Position numbers and translations under genes: made by a program
Part shown: positions 37,300 to 50,683 of the stretch, in pieces
Layout: each line of letters opens with the position of its first letter
Numbering within the stretch: position 1 is the stretch's first letter
Notes under the pieces: generated by a model
Databases searched by the model: none
What the model saw: only the letters and a program-made list of their open reading frames with translations
What the model was told of the DNA's origin: nothing
NCBI GenBank assembly: GCA_032718475.1
Contig: JAUCBJ010006812.1
Coordinates: 1-64,000 of the forward strand
Length of the DNA stretch: 64,000 nucleotides
Reading direction: 5' to 3'
DNA from: Nemertoderma westbladi
Lineage: Eukaryota; Animalia; Xenacoelomorpha

Positions 37300-39468
37300 G
37301 GTTGATTTTGTCCAAAATTGTCCTGTAGCAAAATTATTTAAAATAGTTTATAAATGTAAAGGAATACTGAAAAGAATATCGACTTCATAATCATAGCTTT
37401 AATTCCAATTTGTCCCAAATAGGTTATTTATGTCCTATATATGGTGTTTTATGTCCCATACAGGGAGTTTTTATCCCAAATAGCATGTAACATTCTCAAA
37501 ATGATTTTACATAGTTTATAAATATAATGGAAATACTCAAAGAAAAATAGAATCCACTATAATAGTATTAATTTAAATTTGTCCCAAATAGGTTGTTTGT
37601 GTCCCATATAGGGTGTTTGAGTCCCATATAGGGTGTTTGTGTTCCAAATTGCGTGTGACTTTCTCAAAATGATTTTATATGGTTTATAAGTATAATGAAA
37701 TACTCAAAACAAAATAGATTTCACTATCATAGCTTTAATTTAAATTTGTCCCAAATATGTTGTTTATGTCCCATATAGGGTGTTTGTGTCCCATAAAGGG
37801 TGTTTGTGTCCCAAATTGCGTGTGACTTTCTCAAAAGGATTTTACATAGTTTATAAATATAATGGAATGCTCAAAAGAAAATATAATTCACTATCATAGC
37901 TTTAATTGAAATTTGTCCCAAATAGGTTGTTTTTGTCCCATATAGGGTGTTTGTGTCCCATATAGGGTGTTTGTGTCCCAAATTGCGTGTGACTTTCTCA
38001 AAATGATTTTACATAGTTTATAAATATAATGGAAATACTCAAAGAAAAATAGAATCCACTATAATAGTATTAATTTAAATTTGTCCCAAATAGGTTGTTT
38101 GTGTCCCATATAGGGTGTTTGTGTCCCGTATAGGGTGTGAAGTGCTTATAATGATTTCAAATAGTTTCGAAATGTAATGGAATACTCAAAAGAAAATAGA
38201 ATTCGCTATCATAGCTTTAATTTAAATTCGTCCCAAATATGTTGTTTATTTCCCATATAGGGTGTTTGTGTCCCAAATTGCGTGTGACTTTCTCAAAATG
38301 ATTTTACATAGTTTATAAATAAAATGGACATACTCAAAGGAAAATAGAATCCACTATCATAGTTTTAATTTAAATTTCTCCCAAATAGGTTGTTTGTGTC
38401 CCATATAGGGTGTTTGTGTCCTGTATAGGGTGTGAAGTGCTTATAATGATTTCAAATAGTTTCGAAATGTAATGGAATACTCAAAAGAATATAGAATTCA
38501 CTATCATAGCTTTCATTTAAATTTGTCCCAAATAGGATCTTTGTGTCCCATATAGGGTGTTTGTGTCCCATATAGGGTGTTTATGTCCCAAATAGCGTGT
38601 GACTTTCTCAAAATGATTTTAAATAGTTTCTAAATCTCATTGAATACTCAAAAGAATATAGAATTCACTACCATAGCTTTAATTTAAATTTGTCAAAAAT
38701 AGGTTGTTTTTGTCCCATATAGGGTGTTTGAGTCCCGTATAGGGTGAGAATTGCTTATAATGATTTCAAATATTTTCTAAATGATAATGGAATACTCAAA
38801 AGAATGAATGACATATAGAATTCACTATCATACATAGCTTTAATTTAAATTTGTCCCAAATAGGTTGTTTATGTCCCAATTAGGGTGTTTGTGTCCCATA
38901 TAGGGTGTTTGTGTCCCAAATAGCGTGTGACTTTCTCAAAAGGATTTTACATAGTTTATAAATATAATGGAATGCTCAAAAGAAAATATAATTCACTATC
39001 ATAGCTTTAATTGAAATTTGTCCCAAATAGGTTGTTTTTGTCCCATATAGGGTGTTTGTGTCCCATATAGGGTGTTTGTGTCCCGTATAGGGTGTGAAGT
39101 GCTTATAATGATTTCAAATAGTTTCGAAATTTAATGGAATACTCAAAAGAAAATAGAATTCGCTATCATAGCTTTAATTTAAATTTGTCCCAAATATGTT
39201 GTTTATGTCCCATATAGGGTGTTTGTGTCGCATATAGGGTGTTTGTGTCCCAAATTGCGTGTGACTTTCTCAAAATGATTTTACATAGTTTATAAATAAA
39301 ATGGACATACTCAAAGGAAAATAGAATCCACTATCATAGTTTTTATTTAAATTTGTCCCAAATAGGTTGTTTGTGTCCCATATAGGGTGTTTGTGTCCTG
39401 TATAGGGTGTGAAGTGCTTATAATGATTTCAAATAGTTTCGAAATGTAATGGAATACTCAAAAGAATA
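37300..39468 (+). repeat. Satellite array (~160-180-bp unit with 20-bp GTGTCCCATATAGGGTGTTT subrepeats), left foldback arm
   Basis: Recurrent AATACTCAAAAGAAAATAGAATTCACTATCATAGCTTTAATTTAAATTTGTCCCAAATAGG. Confidence 0.9.
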
Positions 39469-39769
39469 TTCCAGGTACTAAATAGTACTACGTTAGAATG
39501 AATACTGTAAATGAACTGAAATGAATGCAATTTTCGCCCACAAATAATTATCCCTGGGCCCTATGATCCCTACGAAGTTCTTAGACTGACCAATATGTAT
39601 ACTAACAATCCGAAATTTTGGTTTTCTTAAAAAGTCTCAAAGCAAAATGCTACTAAATATAAAATAAGGAAAAACTCAAAAAAATTAACACGGGAAGGAA
39701 GCAGCGGTACATTCAGTTGGAATAGATTGGAATTGGTAGAAGAAAGGAAAAAATATTATTTTTATTATT

Positions 39770-42640
39770 CCATTACATTTAGAAACTATTTGAAATTATT
39801 ATAAGCAATTCACACCCTATACGGGAGTCAAACACCCTATATGGGACAAAAACAACCTATTTGGGACAAATTGAAATTAAAGCTATGGTAGTGAATTCTA
39901 TATTCTTTTGAGTATTCCATGAGATTTAGAAACCATTTAAAATCATTATAAGCAATTTACACCCTATATGGGACTCAAACACCCTATATGGGACAAAAAC
40001 AACCTATTTGGGACAAATTGAAATTAAAGCTATGGTAGTGAATTCTATATTCTTTTGAGTATTCCATGAGGTTTAGAAACTATTTAAAATCATTTTGAGA
40101 AAGTCACACGCTATTTGGGACACAAACACCCTATATGGGACAAAAACAACCTATTTGGGACAAATTGAAATTAAAGCTATGGTAGTGAATTCTAAAGTCT
40201 TTTGAGTATTCCATTACATTTTGAAACTATTTGAAATGATTATAAGCACTTCATACCCTATATGGGACACAAACACCCTATACGGGACACAAACACCCTA
40301 TATGGGACACAAACAACCTATTTGGGACAAATTTAAATTAAAGTTACGATAGTGGATTCTATTTTCTTTTTAGTATTTCCATGATATTTATAAACTATGT
40401 AAAATCATTTTGAGGAAGTCACACGCTATTTGACACAAAAAAACACCCTATATGGGACGAAAACAACCTATTTGGGACAAATTGAAATTAAAGCTATGGT
40501 AGTGAATTCTATATTCTTTTGAGTATTCCATTACATTTCGAAACTATTTGAAATCATTATAAGCACTTCACACCCTATACGGGACACAAACACCCTATAC
40601 GGGACACGAACACCCTATATGGGACACAAACAACCTATTTGGGACAAATTTAAATTAAAGTTATGATAGTGGATTCTATTTTCTTTTGAGTATTTCCATT
40701 ATATTTATAAACTATGTAAAATCATTTTGAGGAAGTCACACGCTATTTGGCACATAAACACCCGATATGGGATGAAAACAACCTATTTGGGACAAATTGA
40801 AATTAAAGCTATGGTTGTGAATTTTATATTCTTTTGAGTATTCCATTACATTTAGAAACTATTTAAAATCATTATAAGCAATTCACACCCTATACGGGAG
40901 TCAAACACCCTATGGGACAAAAACAACCTATTTGGGACAAATTGAAATTAAAGCTATGGTAGTGAATTCTATATTCTTTTGAGTATTCCATGAGATTTAG
41001 AAACTATTTAAAATCATTATAAGCACTTCACACCCTATACGGGACACAAAAACCCTATTTGGGACACAAAAACCCTATTTGGGACACAAGCAACCTATTT
41101 GGGACAAATTTAAATTAAAGCAATGATAGTGAATTATATTTTATTTTGAGTATTCCATTATATTTATAAACTATGTAAAATCATTTTGAGAAAGTCACAC
41201 GCTATTTGGCACACAAACACCCTATATGGGACAAAAACAACCTATTTGGGACAAATTTAAATTAAAGCTATGATAGTGAATTCTATATTCTTTTGAGTAT
41301 TCCATGAGATTTAGAAACTATTTAAAATCATTTTAAGAAAGTCACACGCTATTTGGGACACAAACACCCTATATGGGACACAAACAACCTATTTGGGACA
41401 GATTTAAATGAAAGCTATGATAGTGAATTCTATATTATTTTGAGTATTCCATTACATTTCGAAACTATTTGAAATCATTATAAGCACTTCACACCCTATA
41501 CGGGACACAAACACCCTATTTGGGACACAAGCAACCTATTTGGGACAAATTTAAATTAAAGCTATGATAGTGAATTATATTTTATTTTGAGTATTCCATT
41601 ATATTTATAAACTATGTAAAATCATTTTGAGAAAGTCATACGCTATTTGGCACACAAACCCCCTAAATGGGACAAAAACAACCTATTTGGGACAAATTTA
41701 AATTAAAGCTATGATAGTGAATTATATTTTCTTTTGAGTATTCCATAATATTTATAAACTATGTAAAATCATTTTGAGAAAATGACACGCAATTTGGGAC
41801 ACAAATTCCCTATATGGGACACAAACACCCTATATGGGACATAAACAACCTAGTTGGGACAAATTTAAATTAAAGCTATGATAGTGAATTCTATAGTCTT
41901 TTGAGTATTCCATTACATTTCGAAACTATTTGAAATGATTATAAGCACTTCATACCCTATATGGGACACAAACACCCTATACGGGACACAAACACCCTAT
42001 ATGGGACACAAACAACCTATTTGGGACAAATTTAAATTAAAGTTATGATAGTGGATTCTATTTTCTTTTGAATATTCCATTATATTTATAAACTATGTAA
42101 AATCATTTTGAGAAAGTCATACGCTATTTGGCACACTAACACCCTATATGGGACAAAAACAACCTATTTGGGACAAATTTAAATTAAAGCTATGATAGTG
42201 AATTCTATTTTCTTTTGAGTATTCCATTATATTTATAAACTATGTAAAATCATTTTGATTGAGAAAGTGACACACAATTTGGGGATACAAACACCCTATA
42301 TGGGACACAAACACCCTATATGGGACATAAACAACCTATTTGGGACAGATTTAAATTAAAGCTATGATAGTGAATTCTATTTTCTTTTGAGTATTTCCAT
42401 TATATTTATAAACTATGTAAAATCATTTTGAGAATGTTACATGCTATTTGGGACAAAAACTCCATGTATGGGACATAAACACCCTATATGGGACATACAC
42501 AACCTATTTGGGACAAATTGGAATTAAAGCTATGATTATGAAGTCGAGTTTTCGGTATTCCTTTACATTTATAAACTATTTTAAATAATTTTGATAAAGC
42601 TACAGGCTATTTTGGACAAAATCAACCTATACGTGACACT
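39770..42640 (-). repeat. Same satellite in inverted orientation, right foldback arm
   Basis: Recurrent CCTATTTGGGACAAATTTAAATTAAAGCTATGATAGTGAATTCTA. Confidence 0.9.
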
Positions 42641-43785
42641 AACAACCTATTTGAGTCAAATTTTAGACTTATGAAGGACTATTTGGGATGAGTTGAGTCT
42701 GGGGGAGGAGGTTGCGATATCACTAATTTGATTTTCATTTAATTATTATTATACGAATGTATTTAGATTTATTATAAGTGAATAAATTGCACCACATGAA
42801 TAAATTGCACAATGAATAAGTTGCACAACATGAATAAATTGCACAATATGAATAAATTGCACAACATGAAATGAAATAACGTGACTATGATGACCCTATA
42901 GCCTATAATGCATCACAGTCTTACAAGCCATTTGCAAGGCACCCACAGTATATCTTTAACCATAACTTGGGAACATGTATTCCAAATGCCCTTATTTAGA
43001 ATGGGAATTTCCACTGTACATATACCTCAACCAGCTCTTGTCCCAAATACGTTGCTTGGTCCAGTATAGGTTGTTATAATGAGCCCCGGATTCGTAGCTG
43101 ACACTTTGGATTATATATCAGTGCGAGTATCAGTTTCCATTAACCTTTACATTATATAGCCAATAAGGGAGATGCCTAACTGTAGGAATGTTGGTATTGG
43201 TCCGATGACGAGGAGTTGGCTCATATGATGATTTGATTGGATGCCCCTATATTGGACAGGTTGGAAATCATTAGGCAACGTATTTGGGACAGGTAGGACT
43301 AATAGAAAGCCCCATAGAAGTGAAGGGAAACACCCTATTCTGGACAATGATGTAGATACTATTGGATGAATGACTGCCGTTTCTGGTCAAAGGGCTGAAA
43401 TGCCTTGTTTACGCAGGTTCCGGTTCGAAAAAGTCGAAATGGGTGCCCTACTGCCCTACGTCAGTACGTCATGTCCTACTGTCCTAATCAATCACAAATC
43501 AGATAGGCCTAGTGCAGTAGGCAGTAGGGTCGGGCTAATGCAGTAATGTCAGATTGCCGAAATACAACCTCAATAAAAAACGGAGATACGGATAGGCCTA
43601 TAATCTTGTCTGCTTGTGAACTGTACAGGTAGGCCCTAACCTTCAACCTTGAGCGATCATGGGCATGAAGTATTGAAGATCGAACGTTTCATTACAGCAT
43701 TACACTGCATTAGATCAGATACAGGTACTAACAACGGCAACGAACCGAGAAAACTTCACGTCTGGATAAACTGAATTATCTGATC

Positions 43786-43961
43786 ATGGCTGCGGCTTCC
43801 GATACCGAGGTGAATTTACCATCGTCATCCGCGACAACAACAACGGATGCGTGTGTTGGAACTGAACGGGATCCCGGGGCTGCTGATGTGTTGCTCAATG
43901 AGTTACTTAACTTAATGAACCGGGATGATGTTATGGCGATTATAGCTGCACAACATTCAAC
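43786..43961 (+). CDS. KXD1: KxDL motif-containing protein 1 (BORCS4), exon 1
   Basis: MAAASDTEV...AADVLLNELLNLMNRDDVMAIIAAQHS, compared with human RILSMVNTDDVNAIILAQ recalled from memory; donor AC|GTAAGT. Confidence 0.85.
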
Positions 43962-44533
43962 GTAAGTTTGCAAATCTTTTTTTCTGTTCTTTCATCATTC
44001 ATTCATCTGTACTTTATGAACCCCATTTATATAATCTCGAATACAGTAGGCCTATAACGTTTCCAATGGTTTAATAAACCAAGGTAAGGTAAATTATATT
44101 TTTCAACTTGTGCTTTCCATGGCCATTTTCTGAAATTGCGCAGATAGGATTATTAGTGTACTATGCATGCATATCTGTCTGTAAGGTTCAAAATACATTC
44201 GGCCAACGTAAGTTGCCACCGGGCGCCGCTTTGTCTTGTCAAAAATATCACTGCAACCTGTGCTATTAGCTCTGGTTTATTTTTTTGGTTAGAATAACGT
44301 GCCACTGTAACCTGCTCCTTTCCCTTAATCTACCTTTTCGAACCTTGGTCCCATTTGGACCTTCATCTCGGAACCCTCGAGCATAATTCGTTACTATGCG
44401 TCCGATAGTCAGTAATATCGGTGTAGTACTGGTCGTGGTCCGGTAGTATGTATTCTTATCAAGCTTAATATATGAAAGAGAGAGCGTGCCTGTCAGATAA
44501 TAAAGGAGTAATTGTATTTTCCAATTTCGTTAG

Positions 44534-44736
44534 ATTGGAACAGCTGGAACGCAGCAACGCTACTCTAACTCAGTGCATGCGGCTGAGCGCCACGCAATAC
44601 AACAAACGCGTTTCTGAGATGACGTCACACGTTGCCATGCTCAAGGATATGAAAAAAACGTTGGATAATGTATTCAGACGAATCAATCAACTTAAGAAAG
44701 ATGTTGCTGTACAGTTCCCTACTCAGTGGCGAACTG
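44534..44736 (+). CDS. KXD1: KXD1 exon 2 (KxDL coiled-coil domain)
   Basis: Acceptor TTCGTTAG|A; LEQLERSNATL...MLKDMKKTLDNVFRRINQLKKDVAVQFP, compared with human EMKRDLDSIFRRIRTLK; donor G|GTGAGT; phases are consistent. Confidence 0.88.
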
Positions 44737-45640
44737 GTGAGTTATTGTGTGATCTGGCAGGGAGGCGGGTGATTGACACGCATTTAAAACATAAACCTAT
44801 CCCGCCATTATTGGAAAGTGTTTATTTATATAAATATATCAACTATCAAGTATAAACCTCATTTATTGGAATTTAACTATATATAACTTCCAACCTCTAG
44901 TAAGGGTAAGGCGATGTATTGGCTTCTATTGAGGTTTCCACGATTTAGCATGTTTTAGTACACAGGTTATGGGGTGACGTAGCCTGGACTACTGTTGAGA
45001 ACTGAATCAATTTTGACTAATTTCAGTTACAGTTTCAGTATTACAAAATGTAACATTTCAGTTACAGTATTTATCCTGATAAAATTTATTTTAGATTCAA
45101 TATTATATTATCCCACATAGTAAGCTTTCATTGAAATAATGTCAGTCTCATCGGGCGGGGTGCAATTGGGCCTTTGCCCAATGAGTCACTTGCCCAACTT
45201 CATTACGAAACTGCCTCTTTATAGAGATTTATTATAGGAAGTTGTTGTAGGAAATATGGGTAATTATTGTTATGGTGATATATAACCATATGCTGGCGAT
45301 CTTCGTTCACTACTTAATTTGCCAAATAAATCACAGTTGGGCTAAGTGGACAATGGGTCTTTGGGCCACTTGACTAATATGGTGGCCCATTACTATCAAG
45401 ATCCAAAACTATAATAATAAACAAAAATAAAAAATACATTGTTTTAAAAATAGGGTTTAAAAAAACACTTGGGTTGTTTTAAACACATGTTTCGAAACAC
45501 TGTTTTTTTTGTTTTTTTACGGATAAAAAACAGTGTTTTTTTAAACAAAGACTGCATAAACAATATGAGCTATAAATGCATGGTATACCTATAATTCACA
45601 CCACTACTCCCATATACTGCATATTTAGTAATACAATGAT

Positions 45641-46262
45641 ATGGCACCTATGTACTTACACGATAGAGTAATTTCTAGAACCGATAAGTATAATTTCTTA
45701 GGGCACGTCATTCATGAAAGTAGAGATGATGATTACGATATCAAGAATGTAACTAGAGGCTTATATGCACGTGCAAATACATTATGTAGGAAATTTGGTA
45801 ACTGTACGAACTCCGTGAAACTTACACTTTTTAGGTCATATATCACTCCACTATATTGTAATGCTTTATGGTCGTCTTTGAATTATTCTGAGTTTGTGTA
45901 TAATCGACTGAAGGTTGCTTATAATTCGGCTGCACGTATATTTTTCAAGTTACCTTTCCGTGCTAGTATGTCTTTATTTTTTGGTACCAATAATTTACCT
46001 TGCTTCATTCATATTCGATATTGTTCCATACAAAGTTTATACAATAGGGTAAACAAGACTAATAACAATATTGTATTAATGGTTAATATGTGCACATTGC
46101 GTAGTTCCAGAATATGGCTGAATCGATTTGGGGTAGGAGATTAATTAATTAAATACATTTATATTACATCTACATCTACATTGTGCTACTTAATTTACGT
46201 GGGTATGTATTATGGTTTGATTCTATTTATGAACCGGATTAAATAAATATAATAATAATAAA
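45641..46262 (+). mobile_element. 5'-truncated non-LTR retrotransposon (end of the RT ORF plus tail) in KXD1 intron 2
   Basis: KYNFLGHVI..DDDYDI..RGLYARANTLCRKFGNC..VKLTLFRSY..Y..LW is a typical RT YLG/thumb region. It is followed by AATAAA and (TAA)n. Confidence 0.8.
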
Positions 46263-46271
46263 AACAGTAAT

Positions 46272-46328
46272 AGGCCGAAGCTTTCAGTTGAGCGGGTGAA
46301 CTGAACAGCCGCCAGCTCTTCATGCACT
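46272..46328 (-). ncRNA. Degenerate hammerhead-like motif (Penelope pLTR-like)
   Basis: Minus strand reads ATGAAGA GCTG GCGG..CCGC TCAAC TGAAAGCTTC; stem I does not pair. Confidence 0.3.
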
Positions 46329-47520
46329 CCAAGGCACGGAACCAACAGGCTCTTCGCTCATCGTGTAAACCAGTTGATGTTGATTTCATTCAGTCGCTGC
46401 CTGGAGTCAACTGCAGCTGCTAAGGCGAGGGAAAGTGAGGCTGTGGCCTACTGCGGCACTGCGGCACTGCTTCTGAGTGGCTTCCTGAACAGTCCGAGTA
46501 CTGTGTTAAGATTGACGAGGATGGGAATGACAGTGACTGGACTGATTGTGGCTATGTTTTTGTGCAGTTTGATATTACTGTCAGTACGGTAGTGTGAGTG
46601 TTGCTGTTGCTGTTGGTGTCGGGGTAGGTCATTGTACAATAAATTGTAAAATAAAATATTAAATATCATAATATAAATATTAAATATTGTATAACATTTA
46701 TTTAATAGGCTTACTGTAGGCCTTAAAAATACGAGATACTAATATTGAAGCAACAGCTTAAAAAAAACATAAAAAATATAAATCGTATCATTACAATTCG
46801 TATAGTTTATTCAATAATTGTTGCGCCGTTTGGGCCAAAATTTTGTTGGTTTAATGAAACAGAATGTATTGGTTATTTTATTTTGTTTTATGTTGTTTGT
46901 TTATTTTATTTTAATTTAATTTTGTTTTCGCCTTTTGGGCCAAAATTAAGATAAGAAGAAGTAAATTTTAAATATACCGGCATCGGTTACTCTGTCTGAC
47001 CTGACAGTTTATCGGCAATTCATTTCACTTTACTGGTCTATCTGTCTAGGTCAACGCCTAGTACTGTTGTAGGCTTTATAGTCCACTACTATATCTGTGA
47101 AAAATATACGGAATTTCCAAATATTAATTAACTTTAACTAGCTTCATCAAATTAACTTTCCTTTTCTTAGTAAACAAAATGATTTAAAGAGAAGGCGTTC
47201 AGTATCTTATGTTAATTCTTATATAAATTAAATACAAATATATTATAATAATTAGAAGTAATATTGGAAATACGAATAATCGTTTTAAATTAGTATCAAT
47301 TAAAATTAGTTATTTATTTAGCTTTCAGTATAATTATTTATTGGGTTACTATTTTATTCTAACTAGCATACAATAGAATCAAACATCTTCACACTGGCGG
47401 GGGTCATTGTATGAAAATAGTGAAGGAATTCCTTCATTGTTTTCTCTAAATTTAATTAAAAGAAAGAGCTTTTTAACTTTTCTTTTATATAGTTTTTTAA
47501 TTAATATTTCTTAATTACAG

Positions 47521-48509
47521 CTGTTGAAGTTTGTGATGTAGATGACCGTCCAGATGTGGTGGAAGAGTTTGCCCCGCCCACGATTTCGTCAACAACTACC
47601 GACACGTTTTCTAGTGGCATTGAAAGCAATTCGTCGTCTACCGCTAGTCGGCCTCCGCTGGTCGCAGATAAAACATCGGCCGATTCTGGAATATCAGATA
47701 CAACGAAAGGATCACTTAATATACTGTGTGGGACATCCAATGTAATGGGTGGGAACTCTATTACAACCGCGCATTCACACGGGACATCCCTTTCACCAGA
47801 TGGGACATCCCATTCACCAGATGGGACATCCCATTCACCTGATGGGACATCCCATTCACCAGATGGGACATCGCATTCACCAGATGGGACATCCCATTCA
47901 CCAGAGGGGACATCCCATTCCCCAGAGGAGACATCCCATTCACCAGATGGGACATCCCATTCACCTGATGGGACATCCCATTCACCAGATGGGACATCCC
48001 ATTCACCAGATGGGACATCCCATTCACCAGATGGGTCATCACATTCACCAGAAGGGACATCCAATTCACCAGATGGGACATCCCATTCACCAGATGGGAC
48101 ATCCCATTCACCTGATGGGACATCCCATTCACCAGATGGGACATCCCATTCACCAGATGGGACATCCCATTCACCAGATGGGTCATCACATTCACCAGAA
48201 GGGACATCCAATTCACCAGATGGGACATCCCATTCACCAGATAGGACATCCCATTCACCAGATGGGACATCCCATTCACCAGATGGGACATCCTATTCAC
48301 CAGATGGGACATCCCATTCACCAGATGGGACATCCCATTCACCAGATGGGACATCGCATTCACCAGATGGGACATCCCATTCACCAGAGGGGATATTCCA
48401 TTCACCACAGGAGACATCCCTTTCACCAGATGGGACATCCCATTCACCTGATGGGACATCCCATTCACCAGATGGGACATCCCATTCACCAGATGGGACA
48501 TCCCATTAA
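47521..48509 (+). CDS. KXD1: KXD1 exon 3 (Ser/Thr-rich; reads into ~35 SHSPDGT heptads unless spliced at 47741)
   Basis: Acceptor TTTCTTAATTACAG|CT is phase-compatible with exon 2 (G|CT = Ala). The ORF is open to TAA at 48507-48509. The 3' boundary is uncertain. Confidence 0.6.
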
Positions 48510-50340
48510 CCAGATGGGACATCTCATTCACCAGATGGGACATCTCATTCACCAGATGGGACATCGCATTCACCAGATGGGACATCCCATTCACCAGAGG
48601 AGACATCCCATTCACCAGATGGGACATCCCATTCACCTGATGGGACATCCCATTCACCAGATGGGACATCCCATTCACCAGATGGGACATCCCATTCACC
48701 AGATGGGACATCCCATTCACCAGATCGGACATTTCATTCACCAGATGGGACATCCCATTCACCAGATGGGACATCCCATTCACTAGATGGGACATCCCAT
48801 TCACCAGATCGGGCATCCCATTCACCAGATCGGGCATCCCATTCACCAGATGGGACATCCCATTCACCAGATCGGGCATTTCATTCACCAGATGGGACAT
48901 CCCATTCACCAGATGGGACATCCCATTCACCAGAGGAGACATCCCATTCACCATAGGAGACATCCCATTCACCAGATGGGACATCCCATTCACCTGATGG
49001 GACATCCCATTCACCAGATGGGACATCCCATTCACCAGATGGGACATCGCATTCACCAGATGGGACATCCCATTCACCAGAGGAGACATCCCATTCACCA
49101 GATGGGACATCGCATTCACCAGATGGGACATCCCATTCACCAGAGGAGACATCCCATTCACCAGATTAGACATCGCATTCACCAGATGGGACATCGCATT
49201 CACCAGATGGGACATCCCATTCACCAGAGGGGACATTCCATTCACCAGATGGGACATCCCATTCACCAGATGGGACATCCCATTAACCAGATGGGACATC
49301 CCATTAACCAGATGGGACATCCCATTCACCAGATGGGACATCGCATTCACCAGATGGGACATCCCATTCACCAGAGGAGACATCCCATTCACCAGATAGG
49401 ACATCCCATTTACCAGATGGGACATCTCATTCACCAGATGGGACATCCCATTCACCAGATGGGACATCCCATTCACCAGATGGGACATCCCATTCACCAG
49501 ATGGAACGTCCCATTCACCAGATGGGACATCCCATTCACCAGATGGGACATCCCATTCACCAGATGGGACATCCCATTCACCAGATGGGACATCCCATTC
49601 ACCAGATGGGACATCGCATTCACCAGATGGGACATCCTATTCACCAGATGGGACATCCCATTCACCAGATGGGACATCGCATTCACCCGATGGGACATCC
49701 CATTCACCAGAGGGGACATTCCATTCACCAGAGGAGACATCCCATTCACCAGATGGGACATCCCATTCACCTGATGGCACATCCCATTCACCAGATGGTA
49801 CATCCCATTAACCAGATGGGACATCCCATTTACCAGATGGGACATCGCATTCACCAGATGGGACATCCCATTCACCAGAGGAGACATCCCATTCACCAGA
49901 TGGGACATCCCATTCACCTGATGGGACATCCCATTCACCAGATGGGACATCCCATTCACTAGATGGGACATCCCATTCACCAGATGGGACATCCCATTCA
50001 CCAGATGGGACATCCCATTCACCAGAGGGGACATCCCATTCACAAGGTGGGACATCCCATTCACCAGATCGGGCATCCCATTCACCAGGTGGGACATCCC
50101 ATTTACCAGATGGGACATCCCATTCACCAGAGGGGACATCCCATTCACCAGATGGGACATCCCATTCACCAGATGGGACATCCCATTCACCAGATGGGAC
50201 ATCCCATTCACCAGATGGGACATCTCATTCACCAGATCGGACATCCCATTCACAAGGTGGGACATCCCATTCACCAGATCGGGCATCCCATTCACCAGGT
50301 GGGACATCCCATTTACCAGATGGGACATCTCATATACTAG
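47771..50340. repeat. 21-bp minisatellite (CATTCACCAGATGGGACATCC), ~120 copies
   Basis: Directly visible tandem array. Confidence 0.97.
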
Positions 50341-50683
50341 ATTAATGATTAAACATTCCATCGGATTCTAAAACATTGATTTTTTTTAGTATTTATTAAT
50401 TATATTGTTCATTTGAATATTACTTACTATTAGATTACGTGATTTATTATATATTGTTTAATTTTCTTACTTATTATTATTGGCCTGTGTAATTCTCTTT
50501 GTTATGTTTACTTTATATCATAATTTAAGGAAGCTGAGTAATATACGATAATCAATGATTCCAGGAACTAAAATTAAAAAAAAATCTAAAATTTCCGGGA
50601 ACACATTAAGTGAACATTACAATTTGCATTACCAGAAAAAATAGACTTTATTCAAGGATCTTGGTGGGTATTGTGTGTAAATG

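Larger units (their letters stand above)
34504..43364. mobile_element. 8.9-kb non-autonomous foldback DNA transposon (P/Galileo- or hAT-like termini)
   Basis: 8-bp TSD GATGAATG (34496-34503 and 43365-43372). Termini are GAGTAGTGTCTACATCATTGTCCAG and its inverse CAATAGTATCTACATCATTGTCCAG. About 730 bp of unique inverted arm is followed by inverted satellite arrays around a ~300-bp spacer (39469-39769). No transposase ORF. Confidence 0.9.

Noticed and set aside
34504-43364. Polinton/Maverick (AGTAGT near the terminus)
   Set aside because: The TSD is 8 bp rather than 6 bp, the terminus starts one base before AGTAGT, and there are no polymerase, integrase or capsid ORFs.
47749-50361. (MGHPIHQ)n and (MSHLVNG)n ORFs; resemblance of SHSPDGT to the RNA Pol II CTD
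   Set aside because: These are alternative frames of the 21-bp array. The heptad lacks the YSPTSPS consensus, so no homology is implied.
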